A DNA stretch of 62,234 nucleotides from Chloracidobacterium sp. UBA6041 (GCA_002427845.1 DIYZ01000279.1:1-62234); one strand, 5' to 3'. Positions 15,250-25,326 are shown, counted from the first letter of the stretch. Program-made: numbers and translations. The notes: generated by a model from the letters alone, not told the origin.

Positions 15250-15843
15250 TTAAGAGTACATCTCCTTATTATAAAACGGAGCGAAGGCCGCGATCAGCGC
15301 TATCTCGAAGCTCATCGAGCGCGTAACCAGATCGCGAGACAGAATGCCCCAGGCGCCCTGTCGACTGCGCACGTCTTGCATCCCCGCCACTTCATCAATC
15401 ACGAGACCAAGTTCACGACGCCCTTCTATAACTTTTTTCGCAAGTGATGCGGGAACGCAAATCGAAGGTGTGGCTCCAAATGTTCCGTTCTTTCCATCTG
15501 TGGCGTAAGCCCAGCCGCGCAAAAACGTATACCATTCGCCTTCAATCGAAATGGAATGAAAGCCGCCTTCCAATCCCACGTAAATTTCCGCCTCTCGCCG
15601 CTGGGCCCGAAGTTGATCGCGCACCGCCAGGGCCCGTTCGCGCGCGCCCTGCATCAACTGCCAATCATTCAACGGCATCGCCGGCACGTCTGTCTCCACG
15701 GCGCGCGCAAGCACGCTAGCCTCGGCCCATGACGCGTCTATTTCCGCGATGCGCGCGATCGCCGCGCGGACAGCCATAATCTTTGCGGCACGATCCGATC
15801 CTAGCGCGACGGTTTTAACTGTAGTCGGAGCTTGCTGGGACAA
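15250..15843 (-). CDS. yjjX: inosine/xanthosine triphosphatase-like NTPase (DUF84/YjjX family)
   Basis: The 197-aa ORF aligns by eye with YjjX: VGLEGG.., QGAWGILSRDLVTRSMSFEIALIAAFAPFYNKEMY. Confidence 0.75.
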   Translation of the reverse strand: MSQQAPTTVKTVALGSDRAAKIMAVRAAIARIAEIDASWAEASVLARAVETDVPAMPLNDWQLMQGARERALAVRDQLRAQRREAEIYVGLEGGFHSISIEGEWYTFLRGWAYATDGKNGTFGATPSICVPASLAKKVIEGRRELGLVIDEVAGMQDVRSRQGAWGILSRDLVTRSMSFEIALIAAFAPFYNKEMYS

Positions 15844-15943
15844 AGTAGACAGATTAGAACCGAAAACCCGAGTCAGGTGAAACGCATCAGAGGCTATAAC
15901 AGAGCGGCGCTCGGCGTCAAAAGTGTCAGGCGAAACGCGTCGC

Positions 15944-15973
15944 TTGACATTACCTGTAGCTCGTTGCTGTAAT
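15944..15973 (+). promoter_or_regulatory. candidate sigma70-type promoter (TTGACA-N18-TGTAAT)
   Basis: ttgaca at 15944-15949 and tgtaat at 15968-15973, upstream of the 68-nt element and the leuA-like gene. Confidence 0.35.
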
Positions 15974-15986
15974 CAAATTTCTTCCC

Positions 15987-16054
15987 AGTTCAGAGTACCA
16001 GCTTCAGCTTGATGAGTCTGAAAAACGGCAAACTAAAGTTTGAACTCTAAACTT
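15987..16054. repeat. 68-nt structured repeat element, copy A
   Basis: agttcagagtaccagcttcagcttg + 14-nt variable centre + cggcaaactaaagtttgaactctaaactt. It is collinear with copy B at 56739-56806, and the arms are partly self-complementary. Confidence 0.75.
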
Positions 16055-16086
16055 AAGAAGCGTCCGATCGCTGGAGGTTTTCGCGA

Positions 16087-17301
16087 GTGTCTCTCGATGA
16101 ATTAGTTTACGATTGGAACACAATTGACCCCGCAATGGTTCCTCCCAATCGTCACATAGGGTTTGACGACGAGACCTTGCGTGATGGTTTGCAGTCGCCG
16201 TCTGTTAGCGAGCCTCCGATTGAACAAAAAATTGAGCTGCTTCACTTGATGGATGCCTTGGGCATCGACACCGCCGACATCGGTTTGCCGGGAGCCGGCG
16301 GCACGCACGCAGCCGGAGTGGAGCTGATGGCGCGTGAAATAGCGGAAAAGAAGTTGAAGATTCGACCCAACTGTGCGGCACGGACGCACCGCAACGACAT
16401 CCTGCCGATTATTGAAATATCTCAACGCGTTGGTATCCCAATCGAAGCATGCACTTTTATTGGTTCCTCTGCGATACGTTTTTTTGCCGAGGACTGGACG
16501 CTGGACAAGCTCCTCAAGTTGACCGAGGAAGCTGTGACGTTTGCGGTGAGCGAAGGCGTGCCCGTCATGTACGTCACTGAAGACACGACGCGAGCCAACC
16601 CGGAGACTATTCGCGCGCTCTATACGACAGCCATTCAATGCGGAGCAAAAGCCGTTTGCGTCTGCGACACAGTAGGGCATTCAACACCTGATGGGGCGCG
16701 CTCGGTTGTTCGTTTCGTAAAAAACATTATCGAGGAGCAGGGGGGCAACATCCGTCTGGATTGGCATGGCCACCAGGATCGAGGTCTCGGGGTCATAAAT
16801 TCGATAGCCGCAATTCAGGGCGGCGCGGATCAGGTCCATGGTTCAGCGCTGGGAATGGGCGAGCGGGTCGGGAATACACCAATGGATCAGTTGCTCGTTA
16901 ATTTAAAGCTGATGGGATGGATTCAGAACGACCTATCGCGACTTGGTGAGTATTGCGCGCTGGCATCGAAAGCCTGTGGTTGGACCATCCCGGTAAACTA
17001 TCCGGTGTTTGGTCGCGATGCTTTTCGCACGGCCACTGGCGTGCATGCGGCGGCGATAATCAAGAGCTACAAGAAAGGCGATCGCGAACTTGCCGACATG
17101 GTTTATTCGGGCGTGCCGGCCGGCCTTTTTGGCCTCGAACAGCTTGTTGAAATCGGACCAATGAGTGGTAAGTCAAATGTTATCTACTGGCTCGAGAAGC
17201 GAGGCATTGAACCGAGCGAAGATCGCGTCACTAGAATTTACGATCGAGCTAAACAGGCAACTGCCGTTTTGCCAGACGACGAAATCATGCGGCTGGTTTG
17301 A
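16087..17301 (+). CDS. 2-isopropylmalate/homocitrate synthase family protein (HMGL-like catalytic domain only)
   Basis: 404-aa ORF with GTG start 9 nt after GGAGG. Contains DETLRDGLQSP and HGHQDRGLGVINS, with no long C-terminal LeuA regulatory domain. Confidence 0.75.
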   Translation: MSLDELVYDWNTIDPAMVPPNRHIGFDDETLRDGLQSPSVSEPPIEQKIELLHLMDALGIDTADIGLPGAGGTHAAGVELMAREIAEKKLKIRPNCAARTHRNDILPIIEISQRVGIPIEACTFIGSSAIRFFAEDWTLDKLLKLTEEAVTFAVSEGVPVMYVTEDTTRANPETIRALYTTAIQCGAKAVCVCDTVGHSTPDGARSVVRFVKNIIEEQGGNIRLDWHGHQDRGLGVINSIAAIQGGADQVHGSALGMGERVGNTPMDQLLVNLKLMGWIQNDLSRLGEYCALASKACGWTIPVNYPVFGRDAFRTATGVHAAAIIKSYKKGDRELADMVYSGVPAGLFGLEQLVEIGPMSGKSNVIYWLEKRGIEPSEDRVTRIYDRAKQATAVLPDDEIMRLV

Positions 17302-17369
17302 ACAGCGGGCATCATGAAATTAAGCGCTGGATTCGATACTTCCTCCACTTCCAGGCAACCAACTTCCGT

Positions 17370-18599
17370 ATGTCTCTGATGCAAACATTTTCACCCGCTG
17401 CGAGCACTGACGAGTTGATCGACTCTCCAAAGTTACAGAGCGTCTTTAGGCTTATCGATTCGCATTTGGGTGAGATTACGGAAGAGCAGATTCGAATTTG
17501 CTCGATTCCGGCACCACCGTTTGGAGAAAAGCAGCGCGCGGAATATCTCGGCAAGAGATTTAGCGAGGTTGGACTGCAATCCTGGCAACTCGATCAGGAA
17601 GGAAACTGTGTTGCGCTGCGACGGGGCAATTCGCCTGGGCCGCTTTTAGTTGTTAGCGCGCATCTGGATACAGTTTTTCCGCCCGAAACGGATCTTACTG
17701 TTCATCACGCGGGCAACAAACTTCTGGCGCCGGGTATCTCAGACGATTGCTGCGGCCTTGTTGGATTGCTGGCCATCGCTGAAGCTCTCGAGTCCTGCCG
17801 AATTGAAACCGAGGGTTCGCTTTTGTTTGTAGGAACGGTTGGTGAAGAAGGCGAGGGGAATCTTCGCGGAGTCAGATACTTACTAACCCGCGGTGAATGG
17901 GCCAACTGTGTTGACGCATTCTTGAGCTTTGACGGGCCGGGTATTGAACGAATCATAAATAGCGCTCTCGGTTCGCGCCGCTATCGTGTGCAACTGCGTG
18001 GAACCGGAGGACACTCGTGGGCTGACTTTGGCGTTGCTAACCCCGTTCATGCAGTGGCCCGCGCGGTCGCCAAACTTGCTTCGTACCCAGCACCACTGGA
18101 ACCGCGGACAACTTTTAACGTGGGCCGTATTGAAGGCGGCAGCAGCATTAACGCTATTCCACGTGACGCTACGGTGGATGTGGATCTTCGCTCCGCAAGC
18201 AGCGAAGAACTGCTCAAACTTGATGCCTTCTTTCGTCGCGCGATGCGGGAGGCAACCGAGGAGGAAAACGCCGGAGTACGCAACGGTGACCGCCCCTTGG
18301 AACTCAACGCTAGTTTGATTGGTGAACGTCCAAACGGTGAAACCCCTGCTAATTCGCCGCTGGTTAAGCTGGCGTGCGAAGCAACAGAAGCACTGGGCTC
18401 AAAGCCACGACTCGCTCAAGCGTCTACTGATTCGAACTTACCGATCTCTCTCGGCATTCCCGCAATTACCCTCGGCGCGGGAGGCACAGCAGGCAATTCA
18501 CATACTCTTGACGAGTGGTACGATCCACGCGGTCGTGAAGCCGGACTGAAGCGTGCCCTACTCGTCATCCTCGGAATAGTCGGGTTAAAAAACAGGTGA
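17370..18599 (+). CDS. M20/M25/M40 family metallopeptidase
   Basis: VVSAHLDTVF, VGEEGEGNLRG, GGHSW. The ORF is open from TTG 17298, which would overlap the leuA-like stop. ATG 17370 (MSLMQTF..) is preferred, but the start is uncertain. Confidence 0.75.
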   Translation: MSLMQTFSPAASTDELIDSPKLQSVFRLIDSHLGEITEEQIRICSIPAPPFGEKQRAEYLGKRFSEVGLQSWQLDQEGNCVALRRGNSPGPLLVVSAHLDTVFPPETDLTVHHAGNKLLAPGISDDCCGLVGLLAIAEALESCRIETEGSLLFVGTVGEEGEGNLRGVRYLLTRGEWANCVDAFLSFDGPGIERIINSALGSRRYRVQLRGTGGHSWADFGVANPVHAVARAVAKLASYPAPLEPRTTFNVGRIEGGSSINAIPRDATVDVDLRSASSEELLKLDAFFRRAMREATEEENAGVRNGDRPLELNASLIGERPNGETPANSPLVKLACEATEALGSKPRLAQASTDSNLPISLGIPAITLGAGGTAGNSHTLDEWYDPRGREAGLKRALLVILGIVGLKNR

Positions 18600-18601
18600 A
18601 C

Positions 18602-18669
18602 AGAAAGGGTAAGGGGTAAAGAGTAAGCGACCAGAATCTGGCTCTTACTCTTTACCCCCTACCCTTTCT
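18602..18669. repeat. inverted pair of GGGTAAG-type heptamer arrays forming a ~27-bp hairpin between convergent genes
   Basis: agaaagggtaaggggtaaagagtaagc / 12-nt loop / gctcttactctttaccccctaccctttct. Stop triplets are spaced 7 nt apart on both strands. This may be a bidirectional terminator, though T-runs are not adjacent. Confidence 0.8.
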
Positions 18670-18679
18670 ATGGTCCCTT

Positions 18680-19648
18680 TTAATTTATGGGAATCGTAAG
18701 CGTTGTGGAGCCGCCTTTCCCAGCCGGAAATCGCTTCTGACGTGCAATGCGCAGCGCGGTTGCGTCGGCGCCCGATGCCTGCGTAACGCGGCCCGATTCG
18801 TCATAAGTGACTGTTACCGCAACCTTCTTGGGTCCCGGCTTTGCTGATTCAGCCACACCGTTTGCCGGTGCCGGCGCAGGTGATTTTGTTCCAGGCTGAG
18901 TTAGCGCAGCCGCTTTCTCTTCTCGAGCCTTGGCTTTTTCTTTGTCGTGCTGTCGTTTCGCAGCAAGCGCCGCCTCCGAGTTGTGATCGCTCAAGGCTGA
19001 ATTTTCCGAAGGCTGTGCCACTTCGTTCTGCGGAGCCTCAGCTACAGTTGGTTCGGTACTCGTCGATTCAATCCTCGCCGGCTGACTAACAACTGCGCTT
19101 GCCTTCGCGCGACCGTACCAACCCGCAGGGACACCGATCGCTGCAACGCTGGCAATCACTGCCACGACGACGGCTCCCGCAATTATTAATCTTCGCTTCG
19201 CCATTGATTCAGAATTAATAAAGGAAAGGAAAGCCGGCACGCGCAGCTTCTCGATGTCGGTAAACGAATCCGCAGGCGAACCTGCTTCGGGCGCACTACT
19301 TTCATTCGGGTAGTTTGGCGGAAACGCGGATGGCGGGACAACCCCTTCATCGAGCCGGCGCAAGCCTTCTAATACTACCTGCGTCCAGGGTTGATTGATT
19401 GTGCGCTCGACGGATTCTGTAGAAGCGCCAAACTCAAACTTCGCGTTCGGAAGCGTAAGCGCATAGTAGACAGCGTCAATCCCCCGCAGCACGCCAATAC
19501 GGGCGTCAACTACCGAGCCGGTTTGCAGATAAAAGTAGCCATGCCCCTCGGGGTAAAGCACTTTTAGCTGTCCGGTCTTGCGTTGGTTGCAGAAGAACTC
19601 AATCAGTTCGGATAGCGAAAGGTCGCTCAGATGTCCGGTTAGTCCCAT
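18680..19648 (-). CDS. DUF4388 (PATAN-like) domain protein with TM segment
   Basis: LTGHLSDLSLSELIEFFCNQRKTGQLKV..GYFYLQTGSVVDA, TM RRLIIAGAVVVAVIASVAAIGV, SD AGGAG. Confidence 0.75.
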   Translation of the reverse strand: MGLTGHLSDLSLSELIEFFCNQRKTGQLKVLYPEGHGYFYLQTGSVVDARIGVLRGIDAVYYALTLPNAKFEFGASTESVERTINQPWTQVVLEGLRRLDEGVVPPSAFPPNYPNESSAPEAGSPADSFTDIEKLRVPAFLSFINSESMAKRRLIIAGAVVVAVIASVAAIGVPAGWYGRAKASAVVSQPARIESTSTEPTVAEAPQNEVAQPSENSALSDHNSEAALAAKRQHDKEKAKAREEKAAALTQPGTKSPAPAPANGVAESAKPGPKKVAVTVTYDESGRVTQASGADATALRIARQKRFPAGKGGSTTLTIPIN

Positions 19649-19694
19649 CAGAATTAGCTCCTGTTATGGAGAGAGTGTTTGCCGGGGAGAGGGA

Positions 19695-19720
19695 GAGACG
19701 CCAATAAGTTTTGGCGTCTC
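19695..19720. other. 10-bp stem hairpin gagacgccaa-taagtt-ttggcgtctc
   Basis: Perfect inverted repeat just 3' of the TonB-C gene stop, with no U-tract. Confidence 0.5.
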
Positions 19721-19723
19721 ACG

Positions 19724-20836
19724 TTACTGGGCGATGGAGAATTTGTAGTTGATCACGCCCGATACTTTTACAGGCTGGCCGGAAAGCTTGGTGGGTGAAA
19801 ACCGCGCCCGCAGAGCTGCCTGCATTGCAACTTCTCGCAATGCGACTGGTCCACCCGTAGCCAGAGCAGAGATTACTTTTCCTGTTTCATCCACGACGAC
19901 GTCAACCGAAACCAGGCCGGAAACCCTTAAGCGTCTGGCCGATTCGGGATAAGTCGGTGATGGTAAACTGATCGCGGTGCCATTGAGCACGCCGCCAGAG
20001 ACAGGTTTGAGAATCGGCCTCGGAGCAGGCGGCGGTGGGTCTGAATCCAGTTGGACCATCGGGCTCTCGGCGCTCGCGTTTGATTGCGAATTTTTGACTT
20101 CGACTGAACCCATGCTGGTCAGTTTATCCGAGGCCATCATAGCCGGTAATGAAGGCGAGGAGTTTTTGGCAGCGGTGTTCTTGCGGGCTGCCGGCTTATT
20201 AGGTACGACCGGGCTCTTCGCCGCTTCGTTCGAATTGGCGACGCTGTTGGCTGGCACTGTTGACGGTGAAGCTGGCTGTGTCATCTTCATCATGTTCTCG
20301 TCGAGGTAATACATTATCGCCCGGTAGGTTACTTCAGTTGGCTCGAACGACATTTTACCTGCTTCGATCACTGCTACGGACGTTGTCATCTTGTTCCAGT
20401 TGCCCGCGAAATCAGATTCGTATTTGTAAACTTCTTTACTCAACAAAGATCCATCACTGTTGAGCAGCGTCATCTCACTGATGTTTCCTTTGTCGTCATA
20501 CTTGTAAACCTCTTTGCCGGTCAAATTTGCTCCGGCTATGGGGAAGTACTGGTTCTCGGTCTTGTTACCCTTAATGTCGTATGCCACCACTTCAAGAACG
20601 GCATGCTTGCTTTCCAGGAGCTGGCCATTGTCATTTGATAGTTTTGCTATTTCAGTCCTTACTCTGCGCACCGGCCCAACTAATCCATCCCTTAGGCGAT
20701 CACTTTCCACTACAGTGGCGGCAGGCGGCTGAAGAACATTAGCTTTCGCCGTAAGGTTAGACTGTGCCAGCGTTGTCGCGCTGAAAGCCGACAGTGCGAG
20801 AGCACTCAAGGTGAAACGACCGATCTGTCTTAACAT
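19724..20836 (-). CDS. TonB C-terminal domain-containing secreted protein
   Basis: Signal peptide, then C-terminal PTYPESARRLRVSGLVSVDVVVDETGKV...VKVSGVINYKF, which is typical of TonB_C. Confidence 0.75.
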   Translation of the reverse strand: MLRQIGRFTLSALALSAFSATTLAQSNLTAKANVLQPPAATVVESDRLRDGLVGPVRRVRTEIAKLSNDNGQLLESKHAVLEVVAYDIKGNKTENQYFPIAGANLTGKEVYKYDDKGNISEMTLLNSDGSLLSKEVYKYESDFAGNWNKMTTSVAVIEAGKMSFEPTEVTYRAIMYYLDENMMKMTQPASPSTVPANSVANSNEAAKSPVVPNKPAARKNTAAKNSSPSLPAMMASDKLTSMGSVEVKNSQSNASAESPMVQLDSDPPPPAPRPILKPVSGGVLNGTAISLPSPTYPESARRLRVSGLVSVDVVVDETGKVISALATGGPVALREVAMQAALRARFSPTKLSGQPVKVSGVINYKFSIAQ

Positions 20837-21013
20837 ATGATTTAGCTCCTGACTCGAAGAGGTGGGACCGTTCTCAAACTCGCTAGTGAGGCGCTGCTAC
20901 CGACGAAATTGGACTCGCGCCGGTGCGGCAATCCGAATAATAGCGAGTTTAACGACGTTTGTCTAGCGTCAACGTTGGCAAGCTGGGCGAAATTACGAGG
21001 ATTTCTTGGTTTT

Positions 21014-22615
21014 TTAGCTCGGAAGGTCCGGAAAGGCGGCGAGCAGCACAACAATTTGATCGATTAGCCGGATGCTATTGCCTCGGCCGGTCTGATCGTT
21101 ACACATGATGGAGAAGGTCAGAACATCGCCCTTGGAGGTAGTTACATAACCGGAGAGCGAGTTGTCGTAGGTGAGCGACCCGGTCTTCGCTGACACCCGA
21201 TCGACCAGCGTGTTTAGCCGACCCGCCAGCGTTCCATCACGGCCTGAGATTGGTAGCGATTCCCGAAAGGCCTGACCCGAAGCCGTCTTTGATAGCGACA
21301 CCAACAGCCGCGCGGCTGACTCAGGGGTGACAAGATCGAGGCGAGACAGGCCAGAGCCATCATGGAGAGCGATGTGTTCGGTAGCGATGCCCGCCCGCGA
21401 CAGCCACAAGCGCATTACGGCCAAACCTGTCTCATCATCGCCTCGCTCTCGTCCCGCCGGCTCAAATTTGGCGATCTCGCCGCGCTCTCTGCCGAGCGTG
21501 CGGAGAATCAATTCGGCATTTAGATTGATGCTCTCCTTATTTGTTTGTCTGGCAATCTCACTCAGCGGTTGGCTTGTGACGGACGCCAACTCAATCGCCT
21601 GCGTTGGATCAAATCTTTGACTCTGAGGCACTCGCGAATCGCGTGAGAGTGCCTGGCCCTCGACTGTTATGCCGCGTGTCTTCAGCACATCCAGAAAGAT
21701 TTTCGCGGCCCAGAGCGCTGGATTGTACACAGAGAGACGCGCGCCAAATCCTTTTGTGCCCGGCGCAAATTCTCCCCATACCTGAACGTTGTTATCAGAA
21801 AGACCGCGGTGCAAGCCCACTGTGGGACGTACACCTCCCACTCCAGTTATCATCCGGTTTTGAACCGTCACATATCCTTCGGCATCGCTTGTCCTTACAA
21901 CGGGCGGTTCTGACGCTTTGCTCGAAGGAACCACGTTAACGTCTATTTCATTGCCGTTAATCGAGAGGGCGCTTGCTTCCGCGCCGAAGTACCACTGCAG
22001 ATCGGTCCACTGCCAACCATCGCCAAGAAGATCACCACGAAAATAACTCTCGTCTGCGATGACGTTACCGCCAATGTGGCGGATACCGCGTGCATAGAGC
22101 GAATCGGCGAGTGTTGCGAGCGACCCTTGCCCTTTCTTGCTTTGGGACGCGAGGTCCGGCGCACCACGTCCGTAAAGTATCAAGTCACCTTGAATTTTTC
22201 CGCCGGCATCGGGTTGAGCGTTTGCGTAAACGGAAGTTCGCCAGCGATAGTCTGGACCCAGAAGATCCAGCGCAACTCCCGTCGTAAAGATTTTCATGTT
22301 GGAAGCCGGGGTAAAAAGTTGGTCGGCATTTCGCTGGTAGAGGACAGACCCCTCAGAAATGGAGATCACACATACTCCCCAGCGCGCGTAAGCAAGATCG
22401 CTCCCATCAATGGCGTTATCGATTCGTCTGGCTAATTCGTTTGTCTGCGAGGGTCCTGGCTTCGCATCGGAAGCTGGCGGCAGCTTCTGTTGCTCTTTGT
22501 CTTTCGCTTTGCCAGTGATCAGGGGCAGCAGCAACAGCCCACTCAGTATCACCAGAAAAACGATCAAAAGAGCTTTGACGAAGATGCTGCGGCCTGTTTT
22601 GTAAGTGATATCCAT
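21014..22615 (-). CDS. dacB: D-alanyl-D-alanine carboxypeptidase/endopeptidase (PBP4, S13 family)
   Basis: SxxK motif PASNMKIFT, KTG motif SAKTGSL, N-terminal membrane anchor. Confidence 0.85.
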   Translation of the reverse strand: MDITYKTGRSIFVKALLIVFLVILSGLLLLPLITGKAKDKEQQKLPPASDAKPGPSQTNELARRIDNAIDGSDLAYARWGVCVISISEGSVLYQRNADQLFTPASNMKIFTTGVALDLLGPDYRWRTSVYANAQPDAGGKIQGDLILYGRGAPDLASQSKKGQGSLATLADSLYARGIRHIGGNVIADESYFRGDLLGDGWQWTDLQWYFGAEASALSINGNEIDVNVVPSSKASEPPVVRTSDAEGYVTVQNRMITGVGGVRPTVGLHRGLSDNNVQVWGEFAPGTKGFGARLSVYNPALWAAKIFLDVLKTRGITVEGQALSRDSRVPQSQRFDPTQAIELASVTSQPLSEIARQTNKESINLNAELILRTLGRERGEIAKFEPAGRERGDDETGLAVMRLWLSRAGIATEHIALHDGSGLSRLDLVTPESAARLLVSLSKTASGQAFRESLPISGRDGTLAGRLNTLVDRVSAKTGSLTYDNSLSGYVTTSKGDVLTFSIMCNDQTGRGNSIRLIDQIVVLLAAFPDLPS

Positions 22616-22698
22616 TATTCCTTGAGCGCCTGGCGTAGCCTAATGAAAAGAAACCATATGAAGACAAACCATAAAGTTCTAACAAAACTATGACGCGC

Positions 22699-23727
22699 TT
22701 AGCTCGCGAAGAGCGTAGCTGTCCGGCCGGAGGCGAGAATCGACCTGGCCGCGGCGTAAACTTCCTCGACAGTAATATCGCTGATTACGTTGTTATAGAT
22801 CACGCGATGCCGATCACCTTGTGGCAAATAACTTTCAGGGGCGCGTTTATCAAGGAGGAGTACGACGGGCGTTCCGACTGCCGATGCAATATGCATGGGT
22901 CCAGTATCGTTGGAGACAAAAGCGGTAAGCCGAGCTTGAGCGGCAGCAAGTTGGGGGATGGTGAGTTGATCGAGAATTAAAACTGAAGGCGGAAACTGTC
23001 GCCCAATATCTTTGAAGAAGGTGCGCTCCTCTGGTCCCACAAAAACCAAAATTTTTACCTGGTCGTTTCTAATCAAGAAGTCCGCGAGACTGGCGAATTG
23101 CTCAAGCGGCCAGCGGCGGCTCGGATGGCCGGCACCCGGGAAGAGTCCCACAAGCGGTGCGCCTGCGTCAGCTTTTGCTTTTCTCAAAATTCGTTCGATG
23201 GCCGCATCATCCGCGACTCGAGTTTTAAGGGCGGGAAGCCGATCAGCATTCTGAACGTCGAGCGGTATCAGGACATCCAGATAACGATCAATCAGATGTC
23301 GCTTGCGATGATCGATTTCCAACGGCGGACGAGGGCGAAAGTTTGCCAGATAGTCCAGCGAGCGTCCGGGACGACGCGAGTAGAGCCGCTTGGAGGCTCC
23401 GGAAAGAAAACCCAGCAGGTTGGTTTCAGACAGGCTGTGGAGATCAATGACGAAGTCAAACTTCTTCCGTCTGACATCCTGGACGATTTTGAAAACCCGA
23501 TAGATAGAAAGAGGGATGAAGCCGTCGCGCAGCGCCACCCGATCCACGATCAGCGTTTCATCCGCGTCGCCTGATAAATCAACAATCTCAGCTCCTGGCT
23601 TTCCCACCCCCACTGTGATACGCGCTTTCGGAAATCGCTTTCGAATTGCCCGCAGCGCCGGCAAGCTGAGCACGACATCGCCAAGTTGACCGAAGTCAAT
23701 AACGAGTATGTTGCGGGGATCGAACAC
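22699..23727 (-). CDS. glycosyltransferase family 9 (heptosyltransferase-like)
   Basis: ILVIDFGQLGDVVLSLPALRAIRKRFP and NDTGPMHIASAVGTPVV. Confidence 0.85.
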   Translation of the reverse strand: MFDPRNILVIDFGQLGDVVLSLPALRAIRKRFPKARITVGVGKPGAEIVDLSGDADETLIVDRVALRDGFIPLSIYRVFKIVQDVRRKKFDFVIDLHSLSETNLLGFLSGASKRLYSRRPGRSLDYLANFRPRPPLEIDHRKRHLIDRYLDVLIPLDVQNADRLPALKTRVADDAAIERILRKAKADAGAPLVGLFPGAGHPSRRWPLEQFASLADFLIRNDQVKILVFVGPEERTFFKDIGRQFPPSVLILDQLTIPQLAAAQARLTAFVSNDTGPMHIASAVGTPVVLLLDKRAPESYLPQGDRHRVIYNNVISDITVEEVYAAARSILASGRTATLFAS

Positions 23728-23775
23728 TTCTCAAATCTTCCAATATTTTGGTTGACCCTGCTGCGAAAGCGTTGG

Positions 23776-25326
23776 TTAATCCAGCTCTCGAAGATCACGC
23801 CCTGTCATCTCCTGAGGTTTTTCGTTGTCCAGTAAACCGAGCAAGGTGGGACCAACATCCTCAAGCGCGCCGCCTTCTCGCAGTTTTGTTCCTTTCGCCA
23901 CTTCATCGATCAGGTGAAATGGAACCGGATTGGTCGTGTGCGCCGTGTGTGGCCCGCCAGACTGCGGATCTATCATTTGTTCGGCATTGCCGTGGTCCGC
24001 TGTGATTAGTGTAATGCCCCCAGCTTGGCGAATGGCTTTGGTGATCCAGCCGAGGCAGGTATCAACATACTGGCAAGCTTCGATGGTTTTATCGAGTTTA
24101 CCGGTATGGCCCACCATGTCAGGATTAGCGAAATTGACAATAAAAATATCCGTCTTCTTTTCCTGGATTCCGCGCAAGACCTTATCGGTAACCTTGAAAG
24201 CCGACATTTCCGGCTGAAGGTCGTAGGTCGCGATCTTTGGCGAGGGAACAAGCAAGCGCCGCTCGCAGGCATTTTCTTTTTCGACGCCGCCATTGAAGAA
24301 GTAAGTTACGTGGGCATACTTCTCCGTCTCGGCCAAACGGTAATTACGCACACAAATTTTTGCCCACACTTCCGCCAGAACGTTCTTGTGGTCGTGTGGA
24401 GAAAACGCAACGGCCAACGGAAAAGTTCTGTCGTATACGGTAAAGCAAACAAAATCGATTTGGGGGCGACCAGATACGTCAAACTCCTCAAAGCCTGCGA
24501 TCGCCAGGGCCCTCGTAAGCTGCCGCGCACGATCCGGCCGGAAGTTGAAAAAAATAACCGCATCTTCCTTCTGAATAGTTGCGATTGGCTCGCCACCAGC
24601 GCCGACCATTACGATTGGTTCGACAAATTCGTCAGTAACGCCTCGCTCGTATGAACGTTTGATAGCGTCAACCGGGTCAGTACTGCGTTCACCCCTGGCA
24701 TTCACCAACAAATCGTACGCGCGTTGCGTCCTTTCCCAGCGTTTGTCGCGATCCATGGCGTAGTAGCGCCCGATCATTGAAGCGACCTGCCCACAACCAA
24801 TTTCCTCGATCTTCTTCTGGAGGGCGACAATGTAATGGACACCGGACGAAGGAGGCGTGTCGCGGCCATCAAGAAAGCAGTGGATGAACACGCGCTCGAC
24901 GCCACGTTGTTTGGCGAGCTGAAGAAGTGCGTAGAGATGTTCCTGCGATGAATGCACCTGGCCATCAGATAGAAGTCCCATCAAGTGGAGCGCTTTCCCT
25001 CGATTCTTAACCCCATCCATGGCTGCAACTAAAACTTCATTGCGGAAGAACGCACCGGTGGAGATATCGTAATCAACGCGCGAAACGTCCATGCGAATGA
25101 CGCGTCCCGCTCCTATATTCAAATGCCCCACTTCAGAATTGCCCATAACTCCGGCAGGTAAACCCACGCGTGTACCGGAAGCCTCAAGCAAGGTTTGCGG
25201 GTAGTTGTCACAAAGCTCGTCGTAATAGGGTGTGGCGGCTAGCGCAATCGCATTTCCTTCGCGCTTGGGAGAATAACCCCACCCGTCGATTATGATCAGC
25301 GCCAGCGGACCACGCGTGTTAGTCAA
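23776..25326 (-). CDS. gpmI: 2,3-bisphosphoglycerate-independent phosphoglycerate mutase
   Basis: [28 protein letters not shown]. 516 aa. Confidence 0.95.
   Translation of the reverse strand: MTNTRGPLALIIIDGWGYSPKREGNAIALAATPYYDELCDNYPQTLLEASGTRVGLPAGVMGNSEVGHLNIGAGRVIRMDVSRVDYDISTGAFFRNEVLVAAMDGVKNRGKALHLMGLLSDGQVHSSQEHLYALLQLAKQRGVERVFIHCFLDGRDTPPSSGVHYIVALQKKIEEIGCGQVASMIGRYYAMDRDKRWERTQRAYDLLVNARGERSTDPVDAIKRSYERGVTDEFVEPIVMVGAGGEPIATIQKEDAVIFFNFRPDRARQLTRALAIAGFEEFDVSGRPQIDFVCFTVYDRTFPLAVAFSPHDHKNVLAEVWAKICVRNYRLAETEKYAHVTYFFNGGVEKENACERRLLVPSPKIATYDLQPEMSAFKVTDKVLRGIQEKKTDIFIVNFANPDMVGHTGKLDKTIEACQYVDTCLGWITKAIRQAGGITLITADHGNAEQMIDPQSGGPHTAHTTNPVPFHLIDEVAKGTKLREGGALEDVGPTLLGLLDNEKPQEMTGRDLRELD

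Noticed and set aside
20842-21054. 70-aa minus-strand ORF between dacB and the TonB-C gene.
   Set aside because: It overlaps the dacB 3' end in another frame, has noise-like composition, and the region probably holds the promoter of the downstream gene.
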